64,000 nt of DNA from Macrostomum lignano (Eukaryota), in NCBI GenBank assembly GCA_002269645.1, contig NIVC01000152.1:744001-808000 (forward strand), given 5' to 3'. This document shows, piece after piece, positions 63,453 to 64,000 of this stretch. Position 1 is the stretch's first letter; each line of letters starts with the position of its first letter. Under the pieces are notes generated by a model. It was not told the DNA's origin. It worked only from the letters and a program-made list of their open reading frames with translations, and ran no database searches. The position numbers and the translations under genes were made by a program.

Positions 63453-64000
63453 GGTGACACTCTAGTATGCATCTAGCAAGTTACATTTAAGTCTAACAGA
63501 TAATAAACATGCAATACATGTCGTAAAAAGTTCTCCAACAAGTTTCCACATCGAGATCACAAAATTCTGATCTGATCTGGCCTGTAACTCAACTCCTTCG
63601 TTAAGGAAGGCAAGAGCAGATGAGGATCAAACCCCATCCCCGATGACTAAATGATATATTCAAAATCAGGCCCTGTCAAAGAGGGAATCTATGCATTTAT
63701 TAAGCTGAAATAACGCAGCAGTTTGAGTCCCTATATATTTTTAAGTTTTATTTAGCTTGCTGCATTTTAATTTTGTCTCACAGACAAACGAAAATAAATA
63801 AAAAGACAATTTTGAACAGAATTCAAGCAACAGAATTGCTTTTAGTGTCTTAAGTTAGTTTTTTTCTGCATGTTGTGCCCGTGCGCTTGCCCTGCCAAAG
63901 TGCACTCGACTCCCCCCCCCACGCGGCATACCGTATTAGTTTTTGTGTTATATGCTCAGCGGTGTAAGCCGCTTAGCTGCCATTATGTTGTCTGCGCGCT

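Overview
This is metazoan (animal) genomic DNA, not prokaryotic. It has GT-AG spliced genes, GC-rich exons and AT-rich introns packed with mini/microsatellites. The style suggests a free-living flatworm such as Macrostomum, but that is an inference only. Five host genes can be reconstructed by hand with phase-consistent splice sites: (1) a + strand type I membrane protein with three Ig-like domains (823 to at least 21884; cytoplasmic tail unresolved); (2) a - strand p24/TMED cargo receptor (31421-33475, 215 aa); (3) a - strand SLC16/monocarboxylate-transporter-like MFS protein (34682-41365, 533 aa); (4) a - strand NWD1/NWD2-like NACHT-WD40 STAND ATPase (45286-54442, about 1928 aa); (5) a + strand intronless orphan class A GPCR (60363-61580). 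Mobile DNA includes a full-length DD34D mariner, an internally deleted hAT5-like element with a 5-bp TSD, several MITEs (hAT-, P/hAT-, Tc1/mariner- and EnSpm-like) and two copies of a tRNA-derived SINE. Most long ORFs in the supplied track are translation artefacts of tandem repeats. I found no CRISPR array, rRNA or true tRNA gene, and no clearly new multi-gene system. The best leads are the Trp-free Ig receptor with symmetric micro-exons, the divergent NWD protein and GPCR, the GTG-start mariner, the palindromic E-box satellite, and an unexplained block of about 8.5 kb at 13-21.4 kb.
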